DNA from: Candidatus Babelota bacterium
GTDB taxonomy: Bacteria > Babelota > Babeliae > Babelales > JACPOV01
Length of the DNA: 64,000 nucleotides
Reading direction: 5' to 3'
NCBI GenBank assembly: GCA_016191325.1
Contig: JACPOV010000008.1
Location: 910,351-974,350 of the forward strand
Shown here: piece after piece, positions 10,196 to 20,529 of the stretch
How positions within the stretch are numbered: position 1 is the stretch's first letter
Layout: each line of letters starts with the position of its first letter
Translations under genes and position numbers: made by a program
Notes under the pieces: generated by a model
Told to the model about the DNA's origin: nothing
Seen by the model: only the letters and a program-made list of their open reading frames with translations
Databases searched by the model: none

Positions 10196-11014
10196 ATGAA
10201 TATTCTATTTTTAGCCTTTGTAACTTTCTCATTTTCTACCCTATGTATGGAAAATGGTTCTAAGAAAATCGTTAAAACATACCAGGGACATGCGCGCCTG
10301 CATAATGTAGACCTGAATAAGAGTGAAGCTACGACGCTAGAAACAAACGCTCAAAATTCAACTTGCGCATACGTACCTAAAAAAACAAAAGCTCCAAAAC
10401 ATGTAACTTTTGGATTAGTGAAAGTTATTGCTGATCAAGATAATAAGAACATAGTTTCTGAAGTAAAAAAAGATGATAAATGGGTTCACTTTGATGACGA
10501 AGTGAGCGTTGCGGCACATTTATTAAAACCTAAGCCTGCGTTCAGAATTCAGAAAAAAGTTACATTTATCCCTCAAGGGTTGAAGTTCGAGAGAGATCAA
10601 GACGGAAAACTCCAAAAACAGGACGGATGCTTCATCGTAAAAGAACCTAAGTCTGGCAAAACTCACCTATGGCAGCATGGGGCTCACGAGCAAGCTTTGC
10701 TTAACCATGTCGGGCAAAAAGGGATCCATACTATTGGCGATAACATCCAAGTCGTTATTAAGCCAGATACGGAAGCGCGATTGGTTACCACAGTTAACGC
10801 GCAAGATAGAAGACTCACCTTATATTCTCTCTTGCCGGCAAAAAACAGCGGATTAGACGCCGTTTCTGAAAGTTATGATATCAAGACTCTTGAAAATGAT
10901 GGCATTAATAAGATTATTGTTGGCCCCGATGCTCACGTTAAATTCCGTGGAACAAAATCAGGTTCACAAAAACCAATGATATTCTTTACTGAGCAAACGC
11001 AAGAAAAGAAATAA
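10196..11014 (+). CDS. Leader-bearing hypothetical protein (leader class ...C-M-E)
   Basis: MNILFLAFVTFSFSTLC|MENGSKK. AGGA lies 7 nt upstream of the ATG at 10196. No family recognised. Confidence 0.7.
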   Translation: MNILFLAFVTFSFSTLCMENGSKKIVKTYQGHARLHNVDLNKSEATTLETNAQNSTCAYVPKKTKAPKHVTFGLVKVIADQDNKNIVSEVKKDDKWVHFDDEVSVAAHLLKPKPAFRIQKKVTFIPQGLKFERDQDGKLQKQDGCFIVKEPKSGKTHLWQHGAHEQALLNHVGQKGIHTIGDNIQVVIKPDTEARLVTTVNAQDRRLTLYSLLPAKNSGLDAVSESYDIKTLENDGINKIIVGPDAHVKFRGTKSGSQKPMIFFTEQTQEKK

Positions 11015-11034
11015 TCGTTACTAGTTTTGTTTAA

Positions 11035-11068
11035 TAGGGATATCGCGCTCGATATCCCTATTTTTTTT
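11035..11068 (+). terminator. Rho-independent terminator between convergent genes
   Basis: Perfect 11-bp stem TAGGGATATCG (11035-11045) / CGATATCCCTA (11050-11060), 4-nt loop, then T8. It overlaps the stop codon of the convergent Nudix gene. Confidence 0.75.
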
Positions 11069-11489
11069 CATCTGACTTATTTAAAAACTGTTCCATATTT
11101 TTAAGCAATTCTTTTGCATTTGGATACGTGAGTTTTTCCACAGCTTCCTTATACGGCAGCCATTCGTAGCCAACATGCTCGTGCGACAACGTAACTTTTT
11201 TTGTGTTCACTTTTCCTATAAAAAAATACACGGTTTTAAGAATTAACTCGCCCGTTTTTGAATTTTTAAAGAAATACTCAAACGATTCTTCAAATCCATC
11301 AACCAACGTTGCAGTCAACCCAGCTTCTTCTTGAAGTTCTCGCATTGCCGCTGTAATTTTATCTTCGCCTTTCTCAATGTGCCCTTTAGGAAAATCCCAG
11401 TGGCCCGACGCGTAATGAAGTAATAGATAGGTACGCACTCCCGCTCGCTCATAATAAACAACGACACCCGCAGAAAATTCGCGATTCAT
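11058..11489 (-). CDS. Nudix hydrolase (Ap4A-hydrolase-like)
   Basis: Nudix box GHIEKGEDKITAAMRELQEEAGL (GX5EX7REUXEEXGU). Confidence 0.85.
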   Translation of the reverse strand: MNREFSAGVVVYYERAGVRTYLLLHYASGHWDFPKGHIEKGEDKITAAMRELQEEAGLTATLVDGFEESFEYFFKNSKTGELILKTVYFFIGKVNTKKVTLSHEHVGYEWLPYKEAVEKLTYPNAKELLKNMEQFLNKSDEKK

Positions 11490-11495
11490 ACTTTA

Positions 11496-13145
11496 TTACT
11501 CCAAAAAATAGAGCGATATGCCAAAATAGCGGCGCGTTCTAAAGAGCGCAAGAAAAAAAGCTACCGCAAGCGGGCAGAACCATGCCCAAAACATCAATGT
11601 AGTAAGAAGCGTTGGTGCCCACGAACCCAGAGAGTTTATGAGTGAAACTGCTGCATAATAAATCACCGCAAATGCCGCTCCCAACAAAGTACATTGCGTT
11701 ACGCTTTTGAGAGCAAATGATGCAAATCTTTTTGTATACAACACAATACCAAAAAAATACTGCAGCCCTAACGTGAAGAGCACTGTTTGCAACGCACTGA
11801 CGATTACGGTGGTGAGTGCAATGCCCGCTGCACCAAAAAGCGGCATCAAAATATAATAACTGAGCACTACATCAATGAGTAAAACTGCGACAGAAATATA
11901 CAGCGGAATGCGCGTTTCATGCAATGCATAATATAAATTCAATAAAATATGATTGAGCGAAAAGAAAAAAAGCCCTGTGACGAAAATAATCAAAATAGTG
12001 CTCGCTTCCTGTACATGGACCATCGTGAATTTTTTTGAAAGGAAAAGCGTTAAGAAAAGTTTTTCTGAAATAAACGCAAAAATAAGTGAAACAGGAACCA
12101 TCACCCAAAAAATAAGCTTTGCCGCTTCAAAAAGAAAAAAGCTCAAACGCGAGCGCGCATACGTGCCCACCCGGGCAAAATAAGGAAATAAAACGGTTGA
12201 AAACGCGCGAGAAAAAACGCCGAGCGGAATTCCCATAAATCGATTCGCATAATAAACGAGCGAAATCGATCCTGCAGGCAAAAAGGATGCAATGCTGGTT
12301 GAAACAACGAGCAATAATTCCATAACGCTCATTGAAAGAAGGCAGGGCAAAAATTTTCTGAGCACTTGCCGAATGGAAACCCAAGTTTTTTCCGTTATTG
12401 GCGCAAAACTAAAACCAACTCTAAAATAGGCGATTAAATGCCAAAGCATATGTGCTAAGCCGCTGAATAAAATAAAGCCACACAACACCTTTATTGGCCA
12501 ATTAAAAATCATGCATAATAAAATGCCGCCAATAAAAATAACATTAATAAGCACCTGAGCAAACGCGGGCACGAAAAAATCGTTCACCGATTGCAATGCA
12601 CTTGCAAGCAGCGCGCTGGTTGATAAGAAAAGAATAAATCCAATGAGCAGCCGCAGGAAAGAAACAGCGTACGCTACTTGTGCTCCTGCTTGCCCCTGCG
12701 CTAGAAAGGCGACGCATGCGCCGATAGTTTTATCAAGCACCGGAATACCAAAAACCACAAATTCGCGCTGCTGAGGAATGCAATACCAACCTGGCGCAAT
12801 AAAACGAATCACTGCTTCCGCTTTCCAGAAAATCAGAACGCATAGAACTAATAAGATTCCTTCAAAAATAAGTAATGATAGCGTCATTAAACTGCTGACT
12901 GCTTGCTTATCATCTTTTTTGCCTAACGAAACAAACGTGGGCACCAGCGCCGCACTTAATGCGCCTTCAGCAAAAACTTTTCTCATAGAATTAGGAATTT
13001 TAAATGCGGTGATGAAAGCATCGGCAATCACGCCGACGCCCAAAAGATTTGCCATGAGTACTTCGCGCACCATGCCCAAAAGACGACTGATCATGGTTGA
13101 GCTTGCAACTTGAACCGTTTTTTGACGAATCGCTTGTCTATTCAC
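11496..13145 (-). CDS. murJ: Lipid II flippase MurJ/MviN
   Basis: N-terminus SRLLGMVREVLMANLLGVGVIADAFITAFKIPNSMRKVFAEGALSAALVPTF is a typical MurJ signature. Multi-pass membrane protein of 549 aa. Confidence 0.88.
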   Translation of the reverse strand: MNRQAIRQKTVQVASSTMISRLLGMVREVLMANLLGVGVIADAFITAFKIPNSMRKVFAEGALSAALVPTFVSLGKKDDKQAVSSLMTLSLLIFEGILLVLCVLIFWKAEAVIRFIAPGWYCIPQQREFVVFGIPVLDKTIGACVAFLAQGQAGAQVAYAVSFLRLLIGFILFLSTSALLASALQSVNDFFVPAFAQVLINVIFIGGILLCMIFNWPIKVLCGFILFSGLAHMLWHLIAYFRVGFSFAPITEKTWVSIRQVLRKFLPCLLSMSVMELLLVVSTSIASFLPAGSISLVYYANRFMGIPLGVFSRAFSTVLFPYFARVGTYARSRLSFFLFEAAKLIFWVMVPVSLIFAFISEKLFLTLFLSKKFTMVHVQEASTILIIFVTGLFFFSLNHILLNLYYALHETRIPLYISVAVLLIDVVLSYYILMPLFGAAGIALTTVIVSALQTVLFTLGLQYFFGIVLYTKRFASFALKSVTQCTLLGAAFAVIYYAAVSLINSLGSWAPTLLTTLMFWAWFCPLAVAFFLALFRTRRYFGISLYFLE

Positions 13146-13239
13146 GATGATAAATCCTTTCTTTTTCCCCCAGAAAACCTTGGTTTTGAAGCCGCGGGTG
13201 AATGAGAAAAATATTTTCCGGGGTCCCCACTGGGGTTAA

Positions 13240-13905
13240 TTAATGTTGTTCATTCGTTATTTCGATGATTGTATCCATTTTTGATAAAATAGCATGATCA
13301 TGGGTACTTAAAATGAGTCCCACTTGAAAATCTTTTTGGTATTCAAGTAACAGATTAATAATTTCCTCGCCGGTTTTAGCATCAAGTGCGCTCGTCGGTT
13401 CATCTGCGAGTAAAAAATCTGGCTGTGTAATTAATGCGCGTGCAAGCGCCACCCTTTGCTGCTGCCCGCCTGAAAGCACTGGTGGAAATGAATGCGCATA
13501 TTCTTGCAAACCCATCTGCGCAAGAAGAAGCATCGCTTTTTTTATAGCCTCGCTTTGAGAATAACCGGCAATGATACCTTTAATAGCAATATTTTCTAAT
13601 GCCGAGAGTTCATAAATTAAATGGGGGGATTGAAAAACGATGCCAATATTTTTTTGCCGTGCTAAATCACCAAGCGAAGCGGGAATCTGCGATCCATTAT
13701 CAAATTCGTAGATAATAGAACCGGCTGTTGCTTGTTCAAGCCCTGCTGCAAGATGCATAAACGTAGATTTGCCGGCGCCAGATCGCCCTACAACTCCATA
13801 GCATCTATTTTTTTCAAAACAAACTGTTATTGGATTGAGTGTAAAACGATTCAGTCCCGAAAACGATTTACTAACGGCTTGAAAAATAAGGGTTTTTAAG
13901 CGCAT
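13240..13905 (-). CDS. ABC transporter ATP-binding protein (LolD/FtsE-like), no adjacent permease
   Basis: Walker A GRSGAGKST, signature LSGGQQQRVALARAL, Walker B FLLADEPTSALD. Confidence 0.85.
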   Translation of the reverse strand: MRLKTLIFQAVSKSFSGLNRFTLNPITVCFEKNRCYGVVGRSGAGKSTFMHLAAGLEQATAGSIIYEFDNGSQIPASLGDLARQKNIGIVFQSPHLIYELSALENIAIKGIIAGYSQSEAIKKAMLLLAQMGLQEYAHSFPPVLSGGQQQRVALARALITQPDFLLADEPTSALDAKTGEEIINLLLEYQKDFQVGLILSTHDHAILSKMDTIIEITNEQH

Positions 13906-14107
13906 GTTGCTACAATCATTCTATTGGGAAACAGCCGCTTGTTTAAATGCCCTTGGGCAACTCTCACGCAATTATTGTTTTCAATTGTGTTCATACTCTA
14001 CAATGAAGATAAAAGGGATACGGACAACACCAATATTACAAGCGGTATTTGCGCTGAATGAGTATACGGTGTTTTGGGTAAAATACAAATAAGGGGGAGT
14101 GAGTGTA

Positions 14108-16465
14108 ATGAAAACATTGTCATCTAAAAATATTAAAGAAACCATTCCTGATATACTCCCAGTCATCCCCACAATGGACGTCGTTGTTTTTCCGCACATG
14201 ATCGTTCCATTGTTGGTGCTTGATGAACGGATTATTAAAGGTGTACAAGAAGCTGTTGAAGGTTCAAAGCTTGTTATGCTTTTAGCTTCAAAAAAACAAA
14301 TTGATAACCACGAAACCGCTATAGGAACCCAAGATCTTTTCTGCATCGGTACCGTCGCTTCAATTATGCGTCTCGTTAAAATTCCTGAAGGCGGCATTAA
14401 AGTTTTAGTTCAGGGTCTGCACAAGGCAACTGCAAGTGAAATAATAACCGATAATTCTATTTTATCGGCACGCGTTCAAGTTTTAAATCATGAAGATATG
14501 CCTGAAAGCGCAGAGGTTGTCGCGCAAATTAAAAATATTAAAGAATTAACAGAACGCATGGATGCCGCAGGCCAAACATTTAGCCCCGATTTTCACACCA
14601 TCCTTTCAAAAATGCAGGATCCGCAAAAAATTGCCGATTTTATTCTTTCTCATTTAAGTTTATCGGTCGTCGACGCGCAAGGCCTTCTTGAAAAACCGAC
14701 ATTACGAGAATTCCTTGAAGTAATTTATCTGCTCTTAAGCCGCGAACTTGAAGTTGCGGAAGTACAAGAACGGGTGAAAAACCGCGCGCGCGAATCTATG
14801 AACAAGTCGCAAAAAGAGTTTTACTTGCGCGAACAATTAAAAGCGATTAAAAAAGAACTCGGCGAAGATGATGTTGAAGATGTTGAAGAAATGCGCACAA
14901 AAATTGAAACGCTCGCGCTTTCTGAAGAAGCACGGGTTGAAGTTAATCGTCAATTAAATCGTCTTGAGCGAACCGCTGCCGATTCTATGGAAGCATCGGT
15001 AACCCGCACCTATCTTGATTGGATGCTTTCAATGCCATGGGGTTCTGAAACTTCCGATAATCTTGATATTAAGCACGCGCGAGAAATTCTTGATCAAGAT
15101 CATCATGGCCTTAAAGAGATTAAAGAACGTATTTTAGATTTCATTTCGATCCGCAAACTTAAACAAGATTCGCACACACCGATCCTGTGCTTTTTTGGCC
15201 CCCCAGGAACAGGCAAAACTTCACTTGGGCAATCGATCGCTAAATGTTTAGGAAGAGAATGTTTCCGCGTTTCTCTTGGCGGTGTAAAAGATGAAGCAGA
15301 AATCCGTGGCCATCGCCGCACCTACGTTGGTGCAATGCCCGGCCGCATAATTCAAGGTTTCCGCAAAGTAAAATCGCTCAACCCGGTTATTGTTATCGAC
15401 GAGCTTGATAAGATCGGTGCAGATTTCCGTGGTGATCCTTCAGCGGCGTTACTTGAAGTGCTCGATCCGCAACAAAATAAAACGTTCTACGATAACTATT
15501 TAGGCGTTCCGTTCGATTTATCTAAAGTCATTTTTATTGCTACCGCCAACTCGCTGGAAACAATCTCAGAACCATTGCGCGACCGGATGGAAATTATTCA
15601 ACTTTCTGGCTACACGCTCGATGAAAAACTGCATATTAGTAACCTGCATCTGATTAGAAAAGCGATTAAAGATGCTGGCATGGAAGATCATAATTTAAGT
15701 TTCCACAACGATGTGCTTAAAGATCTCGTGCTTAACTACACGCGAGAATCTGGTGTTCGCCAACTTGAGCGTTTAATCAGAAAACTCTGCTCAAAAGCTG
15801 CACGATGCTATGTGGAAGAAAATCGCACCATTAGTTTTGCTCCTGAAAATATTGAGCTTTACTTGGGGCCGCGCCGCTTCCTTGAAGATGATGTTAATAA
15901 GGAAAATCATGTGGGCGTAACCAACGGCCTTGCATGGACTTCTTATGGTGGCGAAATGATTCGCATCGAAGCGGTTGCAATGCCCGGAAAAGGACGCTTG
16001 ATTTTAACGGGGCAACTTGGCAACGTGATGAAAGAATCTGCTCAAGCGGCGATGAGTTATGCGCGTGCACATTCAAAAGAGTTCAACATTAATAGCAAGA
16101 TGTTTACACACTACGATCTGCATATTCACGTTCCTGCTGGCGCAATTCCTAAAGATGGCCCGTCCGCGGGTATCGCGATGCTCACGTCGATTCTTTCGGC
16201 GCTCACCTTGCGCCCAATTAATGCACAATTTGCAATGACGGGAGAACTAAATCTTCATGGCGATGTGATGCCAATTGGCGGCGTTAAAGAAAAAATCTTG
16301 ACCGCAAAACGTAATCGCGTTCCGCATGTGATTTTACCGCAGAAAAACAAATGCGATTTAGTTGGCCAAGAAGATATTGTAAAAGATATCAACGTCATTT
16401 GGGTGACGCACGCAAATGAAGTGTTAAGCCACGTACTCATGCCAGAAACGAAAGAAAAACATTGA
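14108..16465 (+). CDS. lon: ATP-dependent Lon protease
   Basis: Walker A GPPGTGKTSLGQSIA, RRTYVGAMPGRIIQ, catalytic-Ser motif PKDGPSAGIAMLTSILSAL. The track starts at GTG 14099. The ATG at 14108 sits 8 nt after GGGGGAG. Confidence 0.95.
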   Translation: MKTLSSKNIKETIPDILPVIPTMDVVVFPHMIVPLLVLDERIIKGVQEAVEGSKLVMLLASKKQIDNHETAIGTQDLFCIGTVASIMRLVKIPEGGIKVLVQGLHKATASEIITDNSILSARVQVLNHEDMPESAEVVAQIKNIKELTERMDAAGQTFSPDFHTILSKMQDPQKIADFILSHLSLSVVDAQGLLEKPTLREFLEVIYLLLSRELEVAEVQERVKNRARESMNKSQKEFYLREQLKAIKKELGEDDVEDVEEMRTKIETLALSEEARVEVNRQLNRLERTAADSMEASVTRTYLDWMLSMPWGSETSDNLDIKHAREILDQDHHGLKEIKERILDFISIRKLKQDSHTPILCFFGPPGTGKTSLGQSIAKCLGRECFRVSLGGVKDEAEIRGHRRTYVGAMPGRIIQGFRKVKSLNPVIVIDELDKIGADFRGDPSAALLEVLDPQQNKTFYDNYLGVPFDLSKVIFIATANSLETISEPLRDRMEIIQLSGYTLDEKLHISNLHLIRKAIKDAGMEDHNLSFHNDVLKDLVLNYTRESGVRQLERLIRKLCSKAARCYVEENRTISFAPENIELYLGPRRFLEDDVNKENHVGVTNGLAWTSYGGEMIRIEAVAMPGKGRLILTGQLGNVMKESAQAAMSYARAHSKEFNINSKMFTHYDLHIHVPAGAIPKDGPSAGIAMLTSILSALTLRPINAQFAMTGELNLHGDVMPIGGVKEKILTAKRNRVPHVILPQKNKCDLVGQEDIVKDINVIWVTHANEVLSHVLMPETKEKH

Positions 16466-16472
16466 AAACTAT

Positions 16473-16588
16473 CCCGACCCTTCGATACAAACGCTGTCGC
16501 ATTTACTCAGGGCGAGCGGGATTTATGTCTTCCGCTCGTGGTGAGTGTTTTGCAAACCTTAGTGAGCAAAATGTATCGAACCATAGCG
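16473..16588. repeat. Nested-palindromic intergenic repeat element, copy A
   Basis: Left arm CCCTTCGATACAAACGCTGTCGCATTTACTCAGGGCGAGCGGG (16478-16520), 10-nt spacer, right arm TCCGCTCGTGGTGAGTGTTTTGCAAACCTTAGTGAGCAAAATGTATCGAACC (16531-16582). The arms are imperfect reverse complements. Both recur at 26.7 kb, and a variant at 28.5 kb. Confidence 0.8.
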
Positions 16589-16598
16589 GAGACTAAAA

Positions 16599-17666
16599 AT
16601 GAAAGTATTAACTATTGGTGGCGCCACGCAAGATATCTATATTGTGCCCAAGCAGCTTGAAACACTCAATCTAAAAGGGACTTCGTATCTTGCGCTGGAA
16701 GTTGATACAAAAATAGAACTAGAAACAATACTCTACTCTACCGGCGGAGGAGCTACAAACTCCGCCGTTTCTTTTTCTCGACTCGGATTTCAAACATTTA
16801 TTAACTGCCTGCTAGGCAAAGATCTTGCCGCGCACGCAGTTATTCAAAAACTTGAACAAGAAAACGTAAACACGAATTATATTCATACTACCGACGAATC
16901 ACAAACAGGCAGATCGTTCATTATTCCGTCCGCGGGCGGAAAGCGAACTATTTTATCATTTCGCGGTGCAAACACGCATTTGCATCGGGAGCATATGCCG
17001 CTTTCAATGCTCAAACAGTTTGATTTGATTTATATAACTTCACTCAGCGATGCAGCAGCTCCTCTCTTATTGCCAATTGCGCTCCAAGCGCGTGAGCTTG
17101 GCGTAAAAATTGCGACAAATCCTGGCGGCAGCCAATTGCATGCAGGAATCGGCGCCCAAATTCTTTTTCAATCGCTTCACGCGATCGATATTTTAATTTT
17201 AAATGCACAAGAAGCTGAACTTTTTATGGGAACGATTTCTAAAGAACATTTAAAAGCCGGTGCGCCGATTAGCCAAAAAACAAATAATTTACCATCGCTA
17301 CTGCATGCCACTTCTTGTTTTAATCTCCTGGATTATTGTGCCACGATCATCGCCCAGGGCCCCAAAATTGTTGTTGTTACTAATGGCGCTGAAGGTGTGT
17401 ACGTCGCGACTCAAAATGAAATTCTTTTTCATCCTGCTTTGAAAATAGATGTGATCAATACCGTGGGTGCCGGCGATTCATTTGGTTCGTGCTTTGTCGC
17501 TTCAATCGTTCAAGGAGAATCGATCGAGCAAGCGTTAATAAATGGGATGATCAATAGCGCAAGCGTGCTCACGCATCACGATGCAAAAGAAGGATTATTG
17601 ACCCAGCAGGAACTACAAAAAAAAGCTACGACATCTGCCGTAGATGTAAAAAATTGTACATGGTAG
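16599..17666 (+). CDS. PfkB-family carbohydrate kinase (ribokinase-like)
   Basis: GGGATNSAVSFSRLG near the N-terminus and the C-terminal VINTVGAGDSFGSCFVASIVQG PfkB signature. Confidence 0.85.
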   Translation: MKVLTIGGATQDIYIVPKQLETLNLKGTSYLALEVDTKIELETILYSTGGGATNSAVSFSRLGFQTFINCLLGKDLAAHAVIQKLEQENVNTNYIHTTDESQTGRSFIIPSAGGKRTILSFRGANTHLHREHMPLSMLKQFDLIYITSLSDAAAPLLLPIALQARELGVKIATNPGGSQLHAGIGAQILFQSLHAIDILILNAQEAELFMGTISKEHLKAGAPISQKTNNLPSLLHATSCFNLLDYCATIIAQGPKIVVVTNGAEGVYVATQNEILFHPALKIDVINTVGAGDSFGSCFVASIVQGESIEQALINGMINSASVLTHHDAKEGLLTQQELQKKATTSAVDVKNCTW

Positions 17667-17675
17667 CTTTAATTT

Positions 17676-19772
17676 TTAAAATATTATTCCCATTTTGTTT
17701 ATCAAACGCTGTTGCAAAGGATGCGGCAAGGTGCCAAACAGGCTTTTAAGATCACTTGGCAATTCCACCGTCTTCTTAATTTTACCTAAATGAAGAATAA
17801 CTCTTACAAGTAATGCTTGTTCCAAAGTCAAACGAGCTACATAAGGGGTGACATCATCCCATATAATTACTGACTTACTGTTCATAAGAAAAAACGCGAG
17901 TACATTTTCACTCAAGGCAAACTGCATAATGTTATCATCAAAACCTGTTACGATCGGATAAGGTGAAGATAATGCAAGTTCCGGTATCCAAAGGGCTATT
18001 CCGTTAGAAGCAGAACTGTCTTTAAAAGAATACGCAAGCATAGTACCAGCACCATTAAAAACAAAGGAATTAGCAACCAAGGATCCCTTAATCTCCTGGT
18101 CATATACAGTTACCGTCTTCTGAAGTTTATGATCAGCAGCGTTTAGTATTCCTATGTGGACGTTATCCAATCCGACCGCAATTTCTTCCTTTCGAGGATT
18201 AAATACTGATTGGTACACTTTTTTCGGATAAGTACTCACCGTATCTTTATCCAAATCCCATAGAGTGAGAGTCAAATTGCTTATTCTTATCGCTAATTGT
18301 GTACCATGACTATTAAAAGAAAGAGAAACAATACATTGTGTAAGAGCTGTAAACTCGTTCAGCTTTTTTCCACTCATTGTGTCTACTGCTATAATATCAT
18401 TATGGATGCTCTCATAGGCCAATCGACGACCATCAGCACTCATCGTCACGAGGCGATTATACAATTTTCCTGCTGGATCAACTATTGTTTGAATGATTTT
18501 GCCTGTATTCCAATCAAGGATAACAATCTCAGATCCATTCCATTCATCAGCAGCTAGAACCGATCCACCAGAGATCAAAGATTTAAGTGATGTAAAATGA
18601 GGAATTTCAATTACTCTTACTTGTTTCCCTGTTTGCACATCAAAGATAGCAATACTATTACTCGCCATAGCAACAGCAATTTGCGTCGCATCACTATTAA
18701 AAGCTATCGCTCGTATATCAGTACGAATGCTCCCTAATGCTATTTTACCTTTGGTTTTCCAATCCTCTGGAGCAAAGGTAAGCGTTAGTTTTTGAGCCCA
18801 GCCAAAGAGTGCTGATTTATCTGCAAGCATGTTTGCAATGATTTTTTCCTGCAATGTTAACTGCAAATCTGGCACAATTTCATCAACTATCTCAAACAAT
18901 AAAGTTGGATTCTTAGCAACTTGTGTTAAAAAAGCAGGAGTAGCCACTTTATGCGCTAGCGCGCTTTCAACAAGATCAAGTACGGTTGGCATCGCCAAGT
19001 AATTTGCTACTGATAAGAGCTCGATAAGCTGTTTTCGCTCATAAGAAGAGAGATCTTCTGCTAACTTTTCTTTAAGGAGATTAGTTTTTTTGGCAAGGAT
19101 AAAAAGAAGGTTCCAGCCTATGCCGGTTACGTTGGGCAACGACATTTGTGTATCAGCAGGAAGCTCCTTAGGATCTTTATACCCCAAGAATTCTGATAAA
19201 TTTTTTAGTGTCTCCGAATTTTCAATGATGTTTATCGTTATAGCTCGCGCTTCACCTTCAGCAGGTATTGTGAGCGTATAATTAACAAGTGCTTTTTTTT
19301 CAAAGCTACTTGAAGGGATAGAGCAAACGTCGTGCTGCGATGATTTTTTTTGTGCAGACTTAATAGCAGGGGCAACGCCAGTAAGCGCAAATTGCTGATA
19401 TATCTTTTGCAGTACTGGTATATCTAAAAATCGTATTACTTTTCCTAGTTGTGTAAATGCGGTAGTGCCATGAAATTTTCTAAAATTGTTGAAGGTGATA
19501 ACCAGCTCGTCAGGCCTCGAAAGTTTAAGCAATACGCTCAGAATAAAATTAAATGATGTTTCATCCACATCAGGTAGACCAAATTCATTTGCAAACCTCT
19601 CATCAGCGATGATATCTTTAATAGTAGGCGATATTGCTGCTAACTCTTGCAATTGTTCTGATGAAATCCTAGCAGATTTATCATTTTTAAGATGCACCGT
19701 AATAGATGAAGGCAAACTTGCCTGCAACAAAGTGACAAAAAATAATAAATAAATTACTATCAACTTTTTCAT
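17676..19772 (-). CDS. Skp1/BTB-POZ-like (x2) + WD40-like beta-propeller protein, family member E1
   Basis: The preferred ATG at 19772 lies 4 nt after AAGGAG (the track uses GTG 19790). Leader MKKLIVIYLLFFVTLLQA. ITVHLKNDKSARISSEQLQELAAISPTIKDIIADE...GLPDVDETSFNFILSVL and LIELLSVANYLAMPTVLDLVESALAHKV resemble Skp1 ([13 protein letters not shown]...[10 protein letters not shown]...PLPNV; [28 protein letters not shown]). Propeller-type blades include IAVAMASNSIAIFDVQTGKQV and LTLTLWDLDKD. Confidence 0.7.
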   Translation of the reverse strand: MKKLIVIYLLFFVTLLQASLPSSITVHLKNDKSARISSEQLQELAAISPTIKDIIADERFANEFGLPDVDETSFNFILSVLLKLSRPDELVITFNNFRKFHGTTAFTQLGKVIRFLDIPVLQKIYQQFALTGVAPAIKSAQKKSSQHDVCSIPSSSFEKKALVNYTLTIPAEGEARAITINIIENSETLKNLSEFLGYKDPKELPADTQMSLPNVTGIGWNLLFILAKKTNLLKEKLAEDLSSYERKQLIELLSVANYLAMPTVLDLVESALAHKVATPAFLTQVAKNPTLLFEIVDEIVPDLQLTLQEKIIANMLADKSALFGWAQKLTLTFAPEDWKTKGKIALGSIRTDIRAIAFNSDATQIAVAMASNSIAIFDVQTGKQVRVIEIPHFTSLKSLISGGSVLAADEWNGSEIVILDWNTGKIIQTIVDPAGKLYNRLVTMSADGRRLAYESIHNDIIAVDTMSGKKLNEFTALTQCIVSLSFNSHGTQLAIRISNLTLTLWDLDKDTVSTYPKKVYQSVFNPRKEEIAVGLDNVHIGILNAADHKLQKTVTVYDQEIKGSLVANSFVFNGAGTMLAYSFKDSSASNGIALWIPELALSSPYPIVTGFDDNIMQFALSENVLAFFLMNSKSVIIWDDVTPYVARLTLEQALLVRVILHLGKIKKTVELPSDLKSLFGTLPHPLQQRLINKMGIIF

Positions 19773-19843
19773 AAGGCTCCTTTTGCTCACATTTTTTAAT
19801 CACTGTAGCAAAAAGGCTCAGAGACCCGCATTAATTTTGTAAT

Positions 19844-20434
19844 CTATTTTAAATCGGCAAGTAGCTTTTCTATTGCTTTATCGCGAAGACAAACATAGGA
19901 AATGTTTTCTTCATCTAGCTCAGCCAACGTTTTTCCATATTCAGGCAAGAAGAAAATTGTTTTATAGGGAAGCCCTGGAATTAATTTCCCCTTCTGCTCA
20001 CGTGAAATAAAACCATCCAGTGTTCCGCGATAATAATGAATTGTGCCATCTAAGTGAGCGACAGCAAGTGCCGCTACAAACGATGCCGTTCTTTTTCCTT
20101 CAGGGATATCTTTCATCAGCTCAAGAGCTTTGGCGATTCTTTGTTCATCCGTAGCATTCTCGCCGGCAAACCGCTTGGAGTAAATACCGGGTGCACCGTG
20201 CAATGCATCAATGCAAAGCCCACTATCGTCTGCTAGCGTCATCATATGCGCGCGTTCCGCAAAAAAACGTGCCTTGATTCCTGCATTTTCCTCAAAGGTA
20301 AGTCCAATTTCTTCAACATCATCAGTTATTCCAACCTCTTTTAATGAAGTTGTAGGTAAAAACTTTGATATTCTAGAAGAAAGTTCATGAAATTTTCCTG
20401 GATTATTCGTTGCAATAAGAAGCATCTTGCTCAT
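19844..20434 (-). CDS. rdgB: Non-canonical purine NTP pyrophosphatase (RdgB/HAM1 family)
   Basis: LLIATNNPGKFHEL at the N-terminus, ENAGIKARFFA, FFLPEYGKTLAEL. The start is uncertain (GTG 20449, ATG 20434 or ATG 20425). Confidence 0.85.
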   Translation of the reverse strand: MSKMLLIATNNPGKFHELSSRISKFLPTTSLKEVGITDDVEEIGLTFEENAGIKARFFAERAHMMTLADDSGLCIDALHGAPGIYSKRFAGENATDEQRIAKALELMKDIPEGKRTASFVAALAVAHLDGTIHYYRGTLDGFISREQKGKLIPGLPYKTIFFLPEYGKTLAELDEENISYVCLRDKAIEKLLADLK

Positions 20435-20529
20435 AGTAACTGCCTGCACACATTCTTTCTAAGAAGGTTTTCTACAAGCTTATCTTCTAAAAATGATCTA
20501 AGCAATTCACCAGAATATTATTTATAATC

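Noticed and set aside
10196-10255. Interpreting the C-M-E/C-M-D leaders as lipoprotein lipoboxes
   Set aside because: Only some members have Cys. Others have Ser, Gly or Ala at the same position. The residues preceding Cys (L, H, N) often violate the [LVI][ASTVI][GAS]C lipobox. In contrast, pal (LSGC) shows a proper lipobox.
13906-14098. Heat-shock regulatory element (CIRCE or sigma32 promoter) upstream of lon
   Set aside because: I found no TTAGCACTC-N9-GAGTGCTAA inverted repeat and no convincing CTTGAAA/CCCCAT pair by eye.
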